64,000 nucleotides of DNA, taken from contig CAWEJJ010000005.1 in assembly GCA_963809415.1 (NCBI GenBank), positions 41,573-105,572 of the forward strand, in the 5' to 3' direction. Every line of letters starts with the position of its first letter. The stretch's first letter is position 1. The notes beneath the pieces were generated by a model. It was not told where the DNA came from. It made no database searches and worked only from the letters and a program-made list of their open reading frames with translations. Made by a program: the position numbers and the translations under genes. Positions 10,004-19,793 of this stretch are shown one piece after another. This DNA comes from an uncultured Ignavibacteriaceae bacterium. GTDB taxonomy: Bacteria > Bacteroidota > Ignavibacteria > Ignavibacteriales > Ignavibacteriaceae.

Positions 10004-11319
10004 ATGGAATATAATGTTGTAGATATAAATTCTTCAGAAAAAGAAGTTGAAATTAAACTTCAGTACGAAGAGATTAAAAAGGATATTGATGATGAAGTTA
10101 GGAAACACGCAAAATCTATTCAAATCCCAGGATTTAGAAAAGGTAAAGTACCATTATCAATGATTAAAAAAATGTATGGCGATGCACTTGAATATGAGGC
10201 TTCAGAAAAAGTAGCCAATTCTTTATTCTGGAAAGTTTGCCGATGAAAATCAACTTAAACCTATTGGTCAACCAGCAATGACTGATCTGAAATTTGAGCC
10301 TGAGAAGGACCTTACATTCAAGGTTAAGTATGAAACTATTCCAACTTTAAATGTATCGGGTTATAAAAATTTATCATTGGATATTCCGGATTATGTTGTA
10401 ACTGATGAGGAAATTGAAAAGGAAATAGGATATATACTTGATTCTAACAAAATTTTAGAAGATGCTGAGGTTGTTGATGGTAAACAATATGTTATTGATT
10501 CTGAGATCATCCTAACTGAAAAAGATGGGACAACAATATCAGAAATAAAACCAGAAAAAATGCAAATCGATCTTTCTGCTGCTGGTATCGCTCAAGAAAT
10601 TATTGAAAATGCAAATGGTAAAAAGGTTGGAGAATCTTTTAGTTTTACTTTTAAAGATGAGCATAAACATAAACTTGAAGATGGAACTGAAGAGAATCAT
10701 ACACAAACATATAAATATTCAGTAAATATTTTGGGTATTAAAAAAGTAGTTCTACCTGAATTAAATGAAGAACTAATTAAAAAGGTTACTAAAGACAAAG
10801 TTTCTACAGAAGCTGAACTTCGTGATGAAATTAAAAAGGACATTCAGAATTATTATGATCAGCGAACATGAGGAATTAACAAGAGGTAAGCTTGTTACTG
10901 AAATTATAAAGAATAATGATTTCAATCCACCTAAGACTCTTGTGAATAATATTCTAGAAGAATATGTAAAGAACGAGGAAGAACAGGCAAAAAAATCCAA
11001 ATATCCATTTAACAAAGAAGAAGCAAAAACAAGATTGTTGAAATCTGCAGAAATTGAAGTAAAATGGTATTTGATTAAAAATGAAATTCAAAAATTGGAA
11101 AACATTATTATTACTGATGACGATTTAAAGGAATTAGCAGAAAAAGATTCTCAAAAGACAGGTATTCCCGTAGATAAACTTCTAAATTATTACAAGTCAT
11201 CGAACCAATTTGAAAAAACTTTGGATCAAAAACTTTTTGAATTTCTAAAAACAAATAACACTTTAAACAAAGTTCATCCTGATAAATTAAACGCAAATCA
11301 AGAGGCAATAAATGAATAA
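10004..11319 (+). pseudogene. tig: Trigger factor, interrupted by two +1 frameshifts (fragments 10004..10246, about 10240..10871, about 10860..11319)
   Basis: MEYNVVDINSSEKEVEIKL...IQIPGFRKGKVP is a trigger factor N-terminal ribosome-binding region (GFRxGxxP). The following two ORFs continue the PPIase-like and C-terminal arm domains. clpP is immediately downstream, which is the canonical tig-clpP order. Confidence 0.85.
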
Positions 11320-11932
11320 GCAATTTGAAATCTTTAATCAATTAGTTCCGTATGTAATTGAACAAACTGGTCGTGGTGAACGTGGAATGGATATCTTTTC
11401 CCGTTTACTCAGGGAAAGAATTATTTTTCTTGGTACAGCCATTGATGATCATGTAGCCAGTTTAACCGTTGCCCAACTTATATTTCTTGAGGCTGAAGAT
11501 TCTGAAAAAGATATAAATATGTACATTAATTCACCGGGCGGAAGCGTAACAGCAGGACTTGCAATTTATGATACAATGAATTTTATTAAACCTAATGTAG
11601 CTACAATTTGCGTAGGAATGGCTGCAAGTATGGGAGCTGTTTTATTAGCTGGCGGTGCACCTGGTAAGCGTTCTTCTCTGCCGCATTCTAAAATTATGAT
11701 TCATCAACCATGGACTCAAGGTATTGGAGGACAGGTTACTGATGTTGAAATACATGCAAAAGAATTAATAAAAACAAGAGATTCTTTGTATCAAATCCTG
11801 GCTAAAAGCTCATTTAAGACTGTTGAACAGATCGCTAAGGATTGTGATAGGGATTATTTTTTAACTGCTGAAGAAGCTATGCAGTATAAGTTGATTGATA
11901 GCATAATTGATAAAAGAATTCCTGCCAAATAG
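11312..11932 (+). CDS. clpP: ATP-dependent Clp protease proteolytic subunit
   Basis: 206 aa with the [19 protein letters not shown] motif, catalytic Ser context GMAASMGA, and His context IMIHQP. Confidence 0.95.
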   Translation: MNKQFEIFNQLVPYVIEQTGRGERGMDIFSRLLRERIIFLGTAIDDHVASLTVAQLIFLEAEDSEKDINMYINSPGGSVTAGLAIYDTMNFIKPNVATICVGMAASMGAVLLAGGAPGKRSSLPHSKIMIHQPWTQGIGGQVTDVEIHAKELIKTRDSLYQILAKSSFKTVEQIAKDCDRDYFLTAEEAMQYKLIDSIIDKRIPAK

Positions 11933-11936
11933 TTTA

Positions 11937-11968
11937 TTGGGCTGAGAATATCAGCCCAACTTAATTTT
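11937..11968 (+). terminator. Rho-independent terminator after clpP
   Basis: Perfect 8-bp stem TTGGGCTG (11937-11944) / CAGCCCAA (11952-11959) with a 7-nt loop, followed by CTTAATTTT. Confidence 0.6.
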
Positions 11969-12009
11969 CCTCATTTGTAAATAATTAGGAATCTGCCCTC
12001 TGAACAATT

Positions 12010-13458
12010 ATGAAAAAACTTTTCAAAATAAATTTTATAATATTTTTTTTCATTTCCTTCGTTTGGCAATTTTCATTTCCCCAGCAAGATAAAATTAAAT
12101 TATTTAATAACTACCTTGAAGAGTATATTGTCAACAAACAAGTGCCTTCTATATCGGCTGGTGTTTTAAGAGATGATAAAATACTGTGGCTTGGAGTTAA
12201 AGGTTTTATCGATTTAGAAAATGATGTCAGAGCCACTGATAATTCCCTTTATAGAATTGCATCTATTTCAAAACCAATTACTGCGGTTGCAATTATGCAG
12301 CTTTATGAAAAAGGTTTGATTGATCTTGATAAAGAGGTTCATACTTATATCCCATCCTTCCCTGAAAAAAAATGGAAGTTTACAGTTAGACAATTGCTAA
12401 ACCATACATCCGGAATAAGAAATTATAGAGATGGAGAATTTCACAGTAAGAATTTTTATTCTTCAACAAGTGAGGCAATTAAAGTTTTTGCATATGACTC
12501 ACTTATGTTTGAACCCGGAACAAGATATGCTTATTCATCCTTAGCTTATTCTCTATTAGCAGCAATTATTGAGAATGTTACAAAATTATCGTTTGAAGAA
12601 TATTTAATTAAAAATATTTTCATACCAGCAGATATGAATCACACTTTTGTAGACAAACAAAGAGAAATAGTACCTAACAGAGTAAAAGGTTACGAAAAAA
12701 ATTATTTAAGACAGTTTGTAAATGCTCCGTTAGCTGATTTAAGTATTAAAGTTGCAGGTGGAGGTTTAATCTCTACATCAAAAGATCTTTTATTATTCTC
12801 AAATTCCCTGCTACAAGGAAAGCTTATAAAAACTTCAACATTTGATATGATGTGTGAAAGAACAAAACTTAAATCAGGAGTTGCAATTGACTATGGACTA
12901 GGTTTTTCTCTTAATTTTGAAAATGATTCTTTGAAATCGATTTATCATGTTGGTGGTGGCACAGGATTTTCGACAATGCTTCTAATGTACCCAAAAGAAA
13001 ATCTTGCTACAGTTGATTTGATTAACATTGTTGATATCAATCTTGGTTTGCCTGCAAGAGATTTAGCAAAAATAGAGTTTGGTTTAACCTATCCATATCC
13101 TTTAAAAACAATTTCTAATGAGTTAATGTTTGTTTATAGAGAATCAGGGATTGACAGCTCAATCAGTAAATATTTAGAACTTGAAGAATCAAATTCAAAT
13201 AAATATAATTTAAGTGAGAATGAGGTGATTTATTTTTCTAAAGATTTAATTGGATTGGGTAAAACGGCAGACGCAATAAAATTTCTAAAAATAGTTCAAA
13301 AGAAATTTCCCAAATCCTTTCCATTACAAGTTGCTTTAGCAGATGCTTACCTGAAAGATCGGAATGAAGGTTTAGCACTTAATCATTTTCGCAATGCATG
13401 GCAATTAAATAAAAAAGATGCATATGTTAATAAAATGATACTTAGACTAACAAAATAA
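12010..13458 (+). CDS. Serine hydrolase (class C beta-lactamase/PBP-like fold) with C-terminal TPR-like region
   Basis: 482 aa with a signal peptide, an SxxK motif (ASISKPIT), a YSS tyrosine motif, and HVGGGTGF in place of KTG. Confidence 0.75.
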   Translation: MKKLFKINFIIFFFISFVWQFSFPQQDKIKLFNNYLEEYIVNKQVPSISAGVLRDDKILWLGVKGFIDLENDVRATDNSLYRIASISKPITAVAIMQLYEKGLIDLDKEVHTYIPSFPEKKWKFTVRQLLNHTSGIRNYRDGEFHSKNFYSSTSEAIKVFAYDSLMFEPGTRYAYSSLAYSLLAAIIENVTKLSFEEYLIKNIFIPADMNHTFVDKQREIVPNRVKGYEKNYLRQFVNAPLADLSIKVAGGGLISTSKDLLLFSNSLLQGKLIKTSTFDMMCERTKLKSGVAIDYGLGFSLNFENDSLKSIYHVGGGTGFSTMLLMYPKENLATVDLINIVDINLGLPARDLAKIEFGLTYPYPLKTISNELMFVYRESGIDSSISKYLELEESNSNKYNLSENEVIYFSKDLIGLGKTADAIKFLKIVQKKFPKSFPLQVALADAYLKDRNEGLALNHFRNAWQLNKKDAYVNKMILRLTK

Positions 13459-13486
13459 ATCTCTGAAAAACATTTTTATTAATAAG

Positions 13487-14836
13487 CTACTTATTATTAT
13501 GCTTTGCGTATTCTTCTAACAGATATTTTGCAACAGCTTCTGCTTCCTGGGGTTTTAATCCGGGATTTGGCATTGGAGGAAAGGCAGGATTGACTTTAAC
13601 CGGATTCCTTATAAAAGCAACAAGTTGTGTTTCTTTACCAGCAAACTGAGGCAGAACATCGAAATAAGCAGGTCCTACAAGTTTTCGATCAAATCTATGA
13701 CAACTTGCGCAACGCACTTCATATATTTCTTTACCGCTAATAACAGCTACAGTCCCCTCTCCTTTTAGGTTAGCAAGTATTTTATCATACTGAGTGCTGA
13801 GTACTAATGAATGCTGTTTAGTTGCATTACTAATGGCTTTTTGATCCTTAAATATTAAAGAAACGGAGACAAGAATTAAAATTATAAAGATAGCAGAACT
13901 AAATTTATATTCATTTTTTACTTCAAGCATAAAGAAAAAATGATAGGCTAAAAACAATAAAAGTATTGCAATAAAAGAAGCAATAAATATCGAACCTGAT
14001 AAATTTTTATCGGGGAGTAAAAATAAATTAATTGCAATTAATACTGGCAACGGGATACCGAATCTCAGACCTAGCTTTGAGGCGTTGTTTTTTAAGAAAT
14101 TTCTGTACTCCGGGTCCACATCATTCTTATTTTCTTTCCAATAAAGATAATAAAATAAAATAGCGGCGGCAGTTAAAGTAAACGCAAGACAGATAAAAGT
14201 TAAAAATTTTAATAATACTACTGGAGCAAATATTGCACCTACAAAATTTGAAATACGCCATGTTGTAAATAATTCAACCGATGTAATACCGGCTACATAA
14301 AACCACATACCTATAAAAATAAAAATAAAACCTAACTTCCCATATTTGGCACTTAAATGTGACGAACTATTTTTTATTTTCTCCAGTTCTTCTTCAGCAT
14401 CCTTATTTTTTAACTGATTTGAATTGACAGAATTAAAGATGTAATTAAAAGTAACGGAATATCTATAAGTATAAATCATTATTAACGCTATTGTAACAAA
14501 AATAAATGCCAGGACTAAATAACTTAACGTGTTTATTTTTGATTGATCTAACAATTGAGCGAATATTAAAATTGATGTTAATAAAGGAACAATTCCAAGA
14601 ATAACCCCGACAGCATTATTAACTGTAACACTTTCAATAATATCTTTAGAATAGATTTTGTAGTGAATATTATTTTTTTTTCTGAACTTATTGCTATAAT
14701 AGACAGATAGGAATGTCCCGCCAAAAATTAAACTTATAAATGGAAGAAAAATTGATAGTACCAGCACCATTATGTAGTGCAGTAATTCAATGTGTTCAGC
14801 AGATTGTGGTAAAATAATTTTATCTAAAAACTCCAT
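13487..14836 (-). CDS. Polytopic membrane protein with C-terminal monoheme cytochrome c domain (function unknown; last gene of the oxidase operon)
   Basis: 449 aa with about 10 hydrophobic helices. The C-terminal 90 aa contain CASCH and a downstream PPMPN (probable Met axial ligand). The gene starts 20 nt after ctaB. Confidence 0.6.
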   Translation of the reverse strand: MEFLDKIILPQSAEHIELLHYIMVLVLSIFLPFISLIFGGTFLSVYYSNKFRKKNNIHYKIYSKDIIESVTVNNAVGVILGIVPLLTSILIFAQLLDQSKINTLSYLVLAFIFVTIALIMIYTYRYSVTFNYIFNSVNSNQLKNKDAEEELEKIKNSSSHLSAKYGKLGFIFIFIGMWFYVAGITSVELFTTWRISNFVGAIFAPVVLLKFLTFICLAFTLTAAAILFYYLYWKENKNDVDPEYRNFLKNNASKLGLRFGIPLPVLIAINLFLLPDKNLSGSIFIASFIAILLLFLAYHFFFMLEVKNEYKFSSAIFIILILVSVSLIFKDQKAISNATKQHSLVLSTQYDKILANLKGEGTVAVISGKEIYEVRCASCHRFDRKLVGPAYFDVLPQFAGKETQLVAFIRNPVKVNPAFPPMPNPGLKPQEAEAVAKYLLEEYAKHNNK

Positions 14837-14856
14837 ATAAATTCACTTTGTATTGA

Positions 14857-15723
14857 TTATGAAACAAAAAGTTTATCGAACGACACAATTAGCACTACGA
14901 ATAGTGCGAAGAAATTAATATCTCTGAATGCAAATCTGAAATATGAATTTTCCTGGGTTTGCCTGATAAGTTTGTATGCATTATATGTCAACCAGATTGC
15001 AGCTAACAACAGACTATATTTAACAATTATATTTTGTGCAACATGAAAGAATGGTAAAAGTAATACGGTAATTGCAGTTGCAGTAATCCACATAAAAGTA
15101 ATTCTTGCTAATTGTTCTTTGCTAAAAATCTGGGTTAAAGTCGGGAATCCAGCTTTTTGATAATCTTTATCCAATAGCATCAGCAATAACCAAAAATGTG
15201 GAATCTGCCAGATAAAAAAGAAAAACGATATAAGTATTATTTGCGGGTCAAATAAATTTCCGCCACCGGCATCCCAGCCAACCATTGGCGGAATGGCACC
15301 AACCAATGAACCCGGGATTATTGCAAGTGATGTGACTTTTTTAAGAGGTGTATATACAATGTTATACCAAAAAAGATTTAATAAACCCAATAATAACGCA
15401 ACCAAATTGCTTCCAATAAAAAGCAAAACTGAACCTGCTATTACTAAACTTATTGCTGTCTCTAATGCTATTGATGGTGATATTTTACCGGAAGGGATAG
15501 GACGATTTTTCGTTCTATCCATTAAAGCATCAGAATTTCTTTCTTGAAAATGATTAAGTGCAGCCGAACCGCAAGCTAATAAAAGAATCCCGATTATCGG
15601 AAGTATCATTCCGGTATTAATTGAATTGGTTGCAGCGATATAACCGAACATAGTTGTTATAGTTACAAATATTGTAATACGAAATTTTGTTAACTCAAGT
15701 AATATTTGGATATAGTTTTTCAA
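14857..15723 (-). CDS. ctaB: Protoheme IX farnesyltransferase (heme O synthase)
   Basis: 288 aa, polytopic, with UbiA-family motifs NHFQERNSDALMDRTKNRPIPSG and DKDYQKAGFP. Confidence 0.9.
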   Translation of the reverse strand: MKNYIQILLELTKFRITIFVTITTMFGYIAATNSINTGMILPIIGILLLACGSAALNHFQERNSDALMDRTKNRPIPSGKISPSIALETAISLVIAGSVLLFIGSNLVALLLGLLNLFWYNIVYTPLKKVTSLAIIPGSLVGAIPPMVGWDAGGGNLFDPQIILISFFFFIWQIPHFWLLLMLLDKDYQKAGFPTLTQIFSKEQLARITFMWITATAITVLLLPFFHVAQNIIVKYSLLLAAIWLTYNAYKLIRQTQENSYFRFAFRDINFFALFVVLIVSFDKLFVS

Positions 15724-15727
15724 CTAA

Positions 15728-16381
15728 TTATTTACTTTCCACTGATTTGGTAGAATCAATTTTATTTTGCTGGACATCATCAGATTTGTTAAACCATAAA
15801 ACAAAATCTTTATCAGGTATAACTTTAACTTTACTGTACATTTTAGAATGATTTAATCCGCAATATTCTGCACAAGCAATATCAAAGTCTCCAAGTTCCA
15901 CGGCTTTAAACCATACATATCTTGTTTGATTTGAATAAACGTCTTTTTTTATTCTAAATTTTGGAATATAAAAAGCATGACTTACATCCAGTGAATGAAG
16001 AGTTAATACTACAGGTTTATTTAAAGGAACATAAAGTGAATCAGTTGTTTTACCATTTGCATATTTGAAAGTCCATTTCCACATTTGTGCAGTAACATCA
16101 ACTTTTAAAGAATTTCCCGGTGGATTAACCATTTCTTCATATCCAATCCAACCAAAATAAAACATAATTAAAACAAGTATTGTAGGAATAACAGTCCAGG
16201 TAATTTCTAATCCTACATTACCATGCACATTAGTAGCTTTTGGGTTTCTTTTTCGATTATACTTAATAACAAAATAAATCATTAATCCTGTTATAAGCAC
16301 AAGGAAAAATATTGATACAACAAGTGTAAATAAAAAAACGGAATCTACTCCTTGAGAAAAATTTGATGCACCATTAAACAT
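15728..16381 (-). CDS. coxB: Cytochrome c oxidase subunit II (CuA domain, no fused cytochrome c domain)
   Basis: Two TM helices plus a cupredoxin domain with CuA ligands H...CAEYCGLNHSKM. I place the start at the ATG at 16381 (MFNGASNF...), because the longer track ORF overlaps subunit IV. Confidence 0.85.
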   Translation of the reverse strand: MFNGASNFSQGVDSVFLFTLVVSIFFLVLITGLMIYFVIKYNRKRNPKATNVHGNVGLEITWTVIPTILVLIMFYFGWIGYEEMVNPPGNSLKVDVTAQMWKWTFKYANGKTTDSLYVPLNKPVVLTLHSLDVSHAFYIPKFRIKKDVYSNQTRYVWFKAVELGDFDIACAEYCGLNHSKMYSKVKVIPDKDFVLWFNKSDDVQQNKIDSTKSVESK

Positions 16382-16391
16382 ATTCAGTTCC

Positions 16392-16688
16392 TCATAATAA
16401 AGGATAATCAGAAAATAAAAGCAAAAAGGATATACCAAGGAATAAAATTGCAACACCAACAAAAATTTTAAATGTTATGCTCTCGCTGCTAAGGTGCATA
16501 AATCTAGTTAACACCAGGTAAGTTTTAATTGAAGCGATAATTAAAACAGTTGCAACTGTTATCCCTCCTAAATTAATCCCGGCTAAAGTTACAGTAACTC
16601 CGGTTAAAGTAATTAAAGCGAGCCATACAAGAATATAAATTCCATAACCGCTATTATGCTCAAGGTGTTGTTCTTGAATTTGTTCCAT
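16392..16688 (-). CDS. Cytochrome c oxidase subunit IV (small bacterial type)
   Basis: 98 aa with three hydrophobic helices, positioned between subunits III and II. The call rests on context and size. Confidence 0.6.
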   Translation of the reverse strand: MEQIQEQHLEHNSGYGIYILVWLALITLTGVTVTLAGINLGGITVATVLIIASIKTYLVLTRFMHLSSESITFKIFVGVAILFLGISFLLLFSDYPLL

Positions 16689-16697
16689 CGAAAACCT

Positions 16698-17318
16698 TTA
16701 AGTTATCAGATAAAATAATGGGAATAAGAAAATCCAAATGATATCTACAAGATGCCAGTATAATCCTGCCGATTCAAGCTTAACATAGTTCCCACCTGTA
16801 ATAATTTTTTTAGATGTCAGCCTCATCATAACAGAAATCAATACTATTCCAATGATGACGTGCAAACCGTGCAATCCGGTCATAACATAATACAATCCGA
16901 AAAAGATAATTTCACCGGATGGTTTTGCTAATAAAACATCGGATCCGGGATAAATTCCATGATGAATTTTTGTACTCCATTCAAAGTATTTATTAATTAT
17001 AAATCCAAAAGCAAGTAAAATTGTCAACAGCTGAAAAATCATCGACAAAGATTTTTTATTTTGCTGAATAGCCGCAATAGATAATGCCATAGTTAATGAA
17101 CTTGTAAGCAATATTGCAGTATTAATTGTTCCAACTAATGTATTTAACTCCTTTGCAGCAAGATGAAATGCTTCAGGATATTGATATCTGTAAACTGAGT
17201 ACAGTATAAACATGCCTCCAAATAAAATCAGTTCTGTAAAAAGAAAAAGCCACATACCCATTCGGGCTCCAATATCATCACGATGAACGTGAGTTATTGC
17301 TTGTTCCTGAACACTCAC
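16698..17318 (-). CDS. coxC: Cytochrome c oxidase subunit III
   Basis: 206 aa, polytopic, with motifs typical of subunit III (MWLFLFTELILFGGMF, GLHGLHVIIG, YWHLVDIIWIFLFPLFYL). Confidence 0.85.
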   Translation of the reverse strand: MSVQEQAITHVHRDDIGARMGMWLFLFTELILFGGMFILYSVYRYQYPEAFHLAAKELNTLVGTINTAILLTSSLTMALSIAAIQQNKKSLSMIFQLLTILLAFGFIINKYFEWSTKIHHGIYPGSDVLLAKPSGEIIFFGLYYVMTGLHGLHVIIGIVLISVMMRLTSKKIITGGNYVKLESAGLYWHLVDIIWIFLFPLFYLIT

Positions 17319-18976
17319 TTAGCCTCCTGGTTAATTAAAACTGCACTTTCGTTCTGCTTATATTCATATGGTGCTGCATGTACTGTTGGAATTTCAACAA
17401 AGTTTTCATGAATTGGCGGAGTTTCTATTGTCCATTCTAAGGATTCTCCACCCCATGGATTTTTTTCAGTAAATTTTTTATTACTTAATACTGCTTTTAT
17501 AAGATTTCCAATCATTAATAAAATACCGGATACAAGTATCCATGAGCCTATTGTAGAAATCAAATGGTAAATATGGAACTCCGGCAGATAATCATAATAT
17601 CTTCTTGGCATCCCTAACCATCCCATAATAAACATAGGGAAATAAGTAATGTTAAATCCAACAAATAAAATCCAGAAAGCTGTTTTACTTACTTTTTTAT
17701 TATACATCTTCCCAAACATTTTTGGAAACCAATAATGTATGGCAGCCATCAAACCAAAACCCGTGCCTCCAAACATTACATAATGAAAGTGTGCGACAAT
17801 AAATGAAGTGTCCTGAACCATAATATCAACAGACAGAACTCCTTGCATAACTCCTGTTAAGCCACCGATAGTAAACAGAAAAATGAATGCAAGTGCAAAT
17901 AACATCGGTGTTTCCAAAGCTATTGAACCTTTATACAATGTTGCCGTCCAGTTAAAAACTTTTATTGCACTTGGGATTGCAACAACCATAGTGAGCAGTG
18001 AAAAGATAAACTGGCTTGCGTCAGCCATACCTGCAGTAAACATATGATGTCCCCAAACAAGAGATCCGAAGAGCGCGATTGCTATACTGGACATTGCAAT
18101 AAACTTATATCCAAAAATTGTTTTTCTTGCAAACACAGGAATAACTTCTGAGATGATCCCCATCGCAGGAAGTATCATAATATAAACGGCAGGATGTGAA
18201 TAAATCCAGAATAAATGTTGATATAAAACTGGATCACCTCCAAGTGCAGGATCAAAAAGACCAACTTTAAATATTCTTTCAATTGCAACCATCAAAACTG
18301 TTATACCAATTATTGGTGTTGCTAAAACTTGGACCCACGCGGTGGCGTAAAATGCCCAAATTGAAAGCGGCATTTTAAACCATGTCATCCCAGGAGCTCT
18401 TAATCGATGAACTGTGGTAATGAAGTTTAACCCGGTAAGTATCGATGAAAATCCGAGGATAAAAGCTGCAAACAATGCAAGGTCAACATTTGTTCCGGTT
18501 CTAACACTGTATGGAATATAAAATGTCCAACCAGTATCTGCAGGTCCGCCAGGCAACAATATTGAAATAATTGCAAGACTTCCTCCGGTTATATAAAGAT
18601 ACCATGACAGTAAATTTAATCTTGGGAAAGAAACATCCTTGGCTCCAATAAGTATCGGAAGAAAGAAATTCCCAAAAATTGCAGGAATACCGGGAATAAC
18701 AAATAAAAATATCATTATTACACCATGCAGTGTAAAGAATGAGTTATAAGTTTGAGCATCCATTATTGTCCTGCCCGGAGCAATTAGTTCAAGCCTCATC
18801 AAGAAACCAAAAGTAACACCAGCCAAAAAGAAAGTTGAAATTGCAATAAGGTAAAGAATTCCTATTCTTTTATGATCTGTTGATAAAATCCAACCAAGCA
18901 AACCTTTATGTTTACCTTGATATTCAAGATAACTCGGATGCTTTCCATTTACAGGTGCTGTTATCGTTTCACTCAT
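17315..18976 (-). CDS. ctaD: Cytochrome c oxidase subunit I (heme-copper oxidase, A family)
   Basis: 553 aa with NSFFTLHGVIMIFLFV, WIYSHPAVYIMILP, GHHMF and VAHFHYVM histidine-ligand motifs. Confidence 0.95.
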   Translation of the reverse strand: MSETITAPVNGKHPSYLEYQGKHKGLLGWILSTDHKRIGILYLIAISTFFLAGVTFGFLMRLELIAPGRTIMDAQTYNSFFTLHGVIMIFLFVIPGIPAIFGNFFLPILIGAKDVSFPRLNLLSWYLYITGGSLAIISILLPGGPADTGWTFYIPYSVRTGTNVDLALFAAFILGFSSILTGLNFITTVHRLRAPGMTWFKMPLSIWAFYATAWVQVLATPIIGITVLMVAIERIFKVGLFDPALGGDPVLYQHLFWIYSHPAVYIMILPAMGIISEVIPVFARKTIFGYKFIAMSSIAIALFGSLVWGHHMFTAGMADASQFIFSLLTMVVAIPSAIKVFNWTATLYKGSIALETPMLFALAFIFLFTIGGLTGVMQGVLSVDIMVQDTSFIVAHFHYVMFGGTGFGLMAAIHYWFPKMFGKMYNKKVSKTAFWILFVGFNITYFPMFIMGWLGMPRRYYDYLPEFHIYHLISTIGSWILVSGILLMIGNLIKAVLSNKKFTEKNPWGGESLEWTIETPPIHENFVEIPTVHAAPYEYKQNESAVLINQEAK

Positions 18977-18985
18977 TTTAAAAAA

Positions 18986-19780
18986 TTACCTCGTTTTAAT
19001 AATACCGCTTTTACGTTTTGATAATAAAAAGAAAATAAAAATCCCAACCATAAATAGAATAATCACACCGAAAATTCTTGTTAGACTTATAACATAAGTC
19101 TTCCCTTCCGGATCATATCTGAAACAAAATTGCAATACTTTGGCAATAGTCGGTGAAATTTTTCCCTCAGATGTTTCTATAACTGCCATTTTAAAATCAA
19201 ACGGAAGAATTCCAAATCCACTTCGATCAGAAAAGCTTGGAATAAGATATCTGCAGATTTTCCCTTCTTTATCCACAAAGATAAATGCACCGGCATGTAA
19301 AAAATCTTTTCCCTGTCTTTTAAAATGAAATCCCGTTGCATCTGCTACTTTTTTAATAGTTGCACTATCGCCAGTCAAAAATCTCCAGCTTTCAGGTGGA
19401 ATATTTTTATCTATAACTTTTAAATAAATCTGTTTTCTAGTACTCGCATCCTTTGGAGTTTCAAATTGATCCATACTAATTAAAACTATGTTATAGTCAA
19501 CTCCGGGGACAAGATCAGATTTATTTATAACGTCTGATAATTCCATTAAAAGCGGACTACATATTCCCGGACAATTATAATAGACAAAAGCAAAAACGGT
19601 AGGTTTGGTAAATAAATCTTTTAACAACACCGTGTTACCATTTTCATCTTTAAATGATTCTTGTAGCGGAATTGTTTTACCAAGTTGTTCATCAATACCA
19701 ACTTCAATTGGCTGTTGAATTGCAACCGCAATTGAAATAAGAAAGGTATATGATACTATAACTAATAAAATATTTTTCAT
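18986..19780 (-). CDS. SCO1/SenC-family copper chaperone with extra C-terminal domain and TM anchor
   Basis: 264 aa with a signal peptide and a thioredoxin fold carrying the CPGIC copper motif. It lies immediately upstream of coxI. Confidence 0.8.
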   Translation of the reverse strand: MKNILLVIVSYTFLISIAVAIQQPIEVGIDEQLGKTIPLQESFKDENGNTVLLKDLFTKPTVFAFVYYNCPGICSPLLMELSDVINKSDLVPGVDYNIVLISMDQFETPKDASTRKQIYLKVIDKNIPPESWRFLTGDSATIKKVADATGFHFKRQGKDFLHAGAFIFVDKEGKICRYLIPSFSDRSGFGILPFDFKMAVIETSEGKISPTIAKVLQFCFRYDPEGKTYVISLTRIFGVIILFMVGIFIFFLLSKRKSGIIKTR

Positions 19781-19793
19781 AGTGAATAAAAAG

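Noticed and set aside
16382-16462. N-terminal 27-codon extension of the CoxII ORF (MLVLQFYSLVYPFCFYFLIILYYEELN)
   Set aside because: It overlaps the end of the subunit IV gene. The ATG at 16381 gives a normal CoxII N-terminus starting 8 nt after the subunit IV stop.
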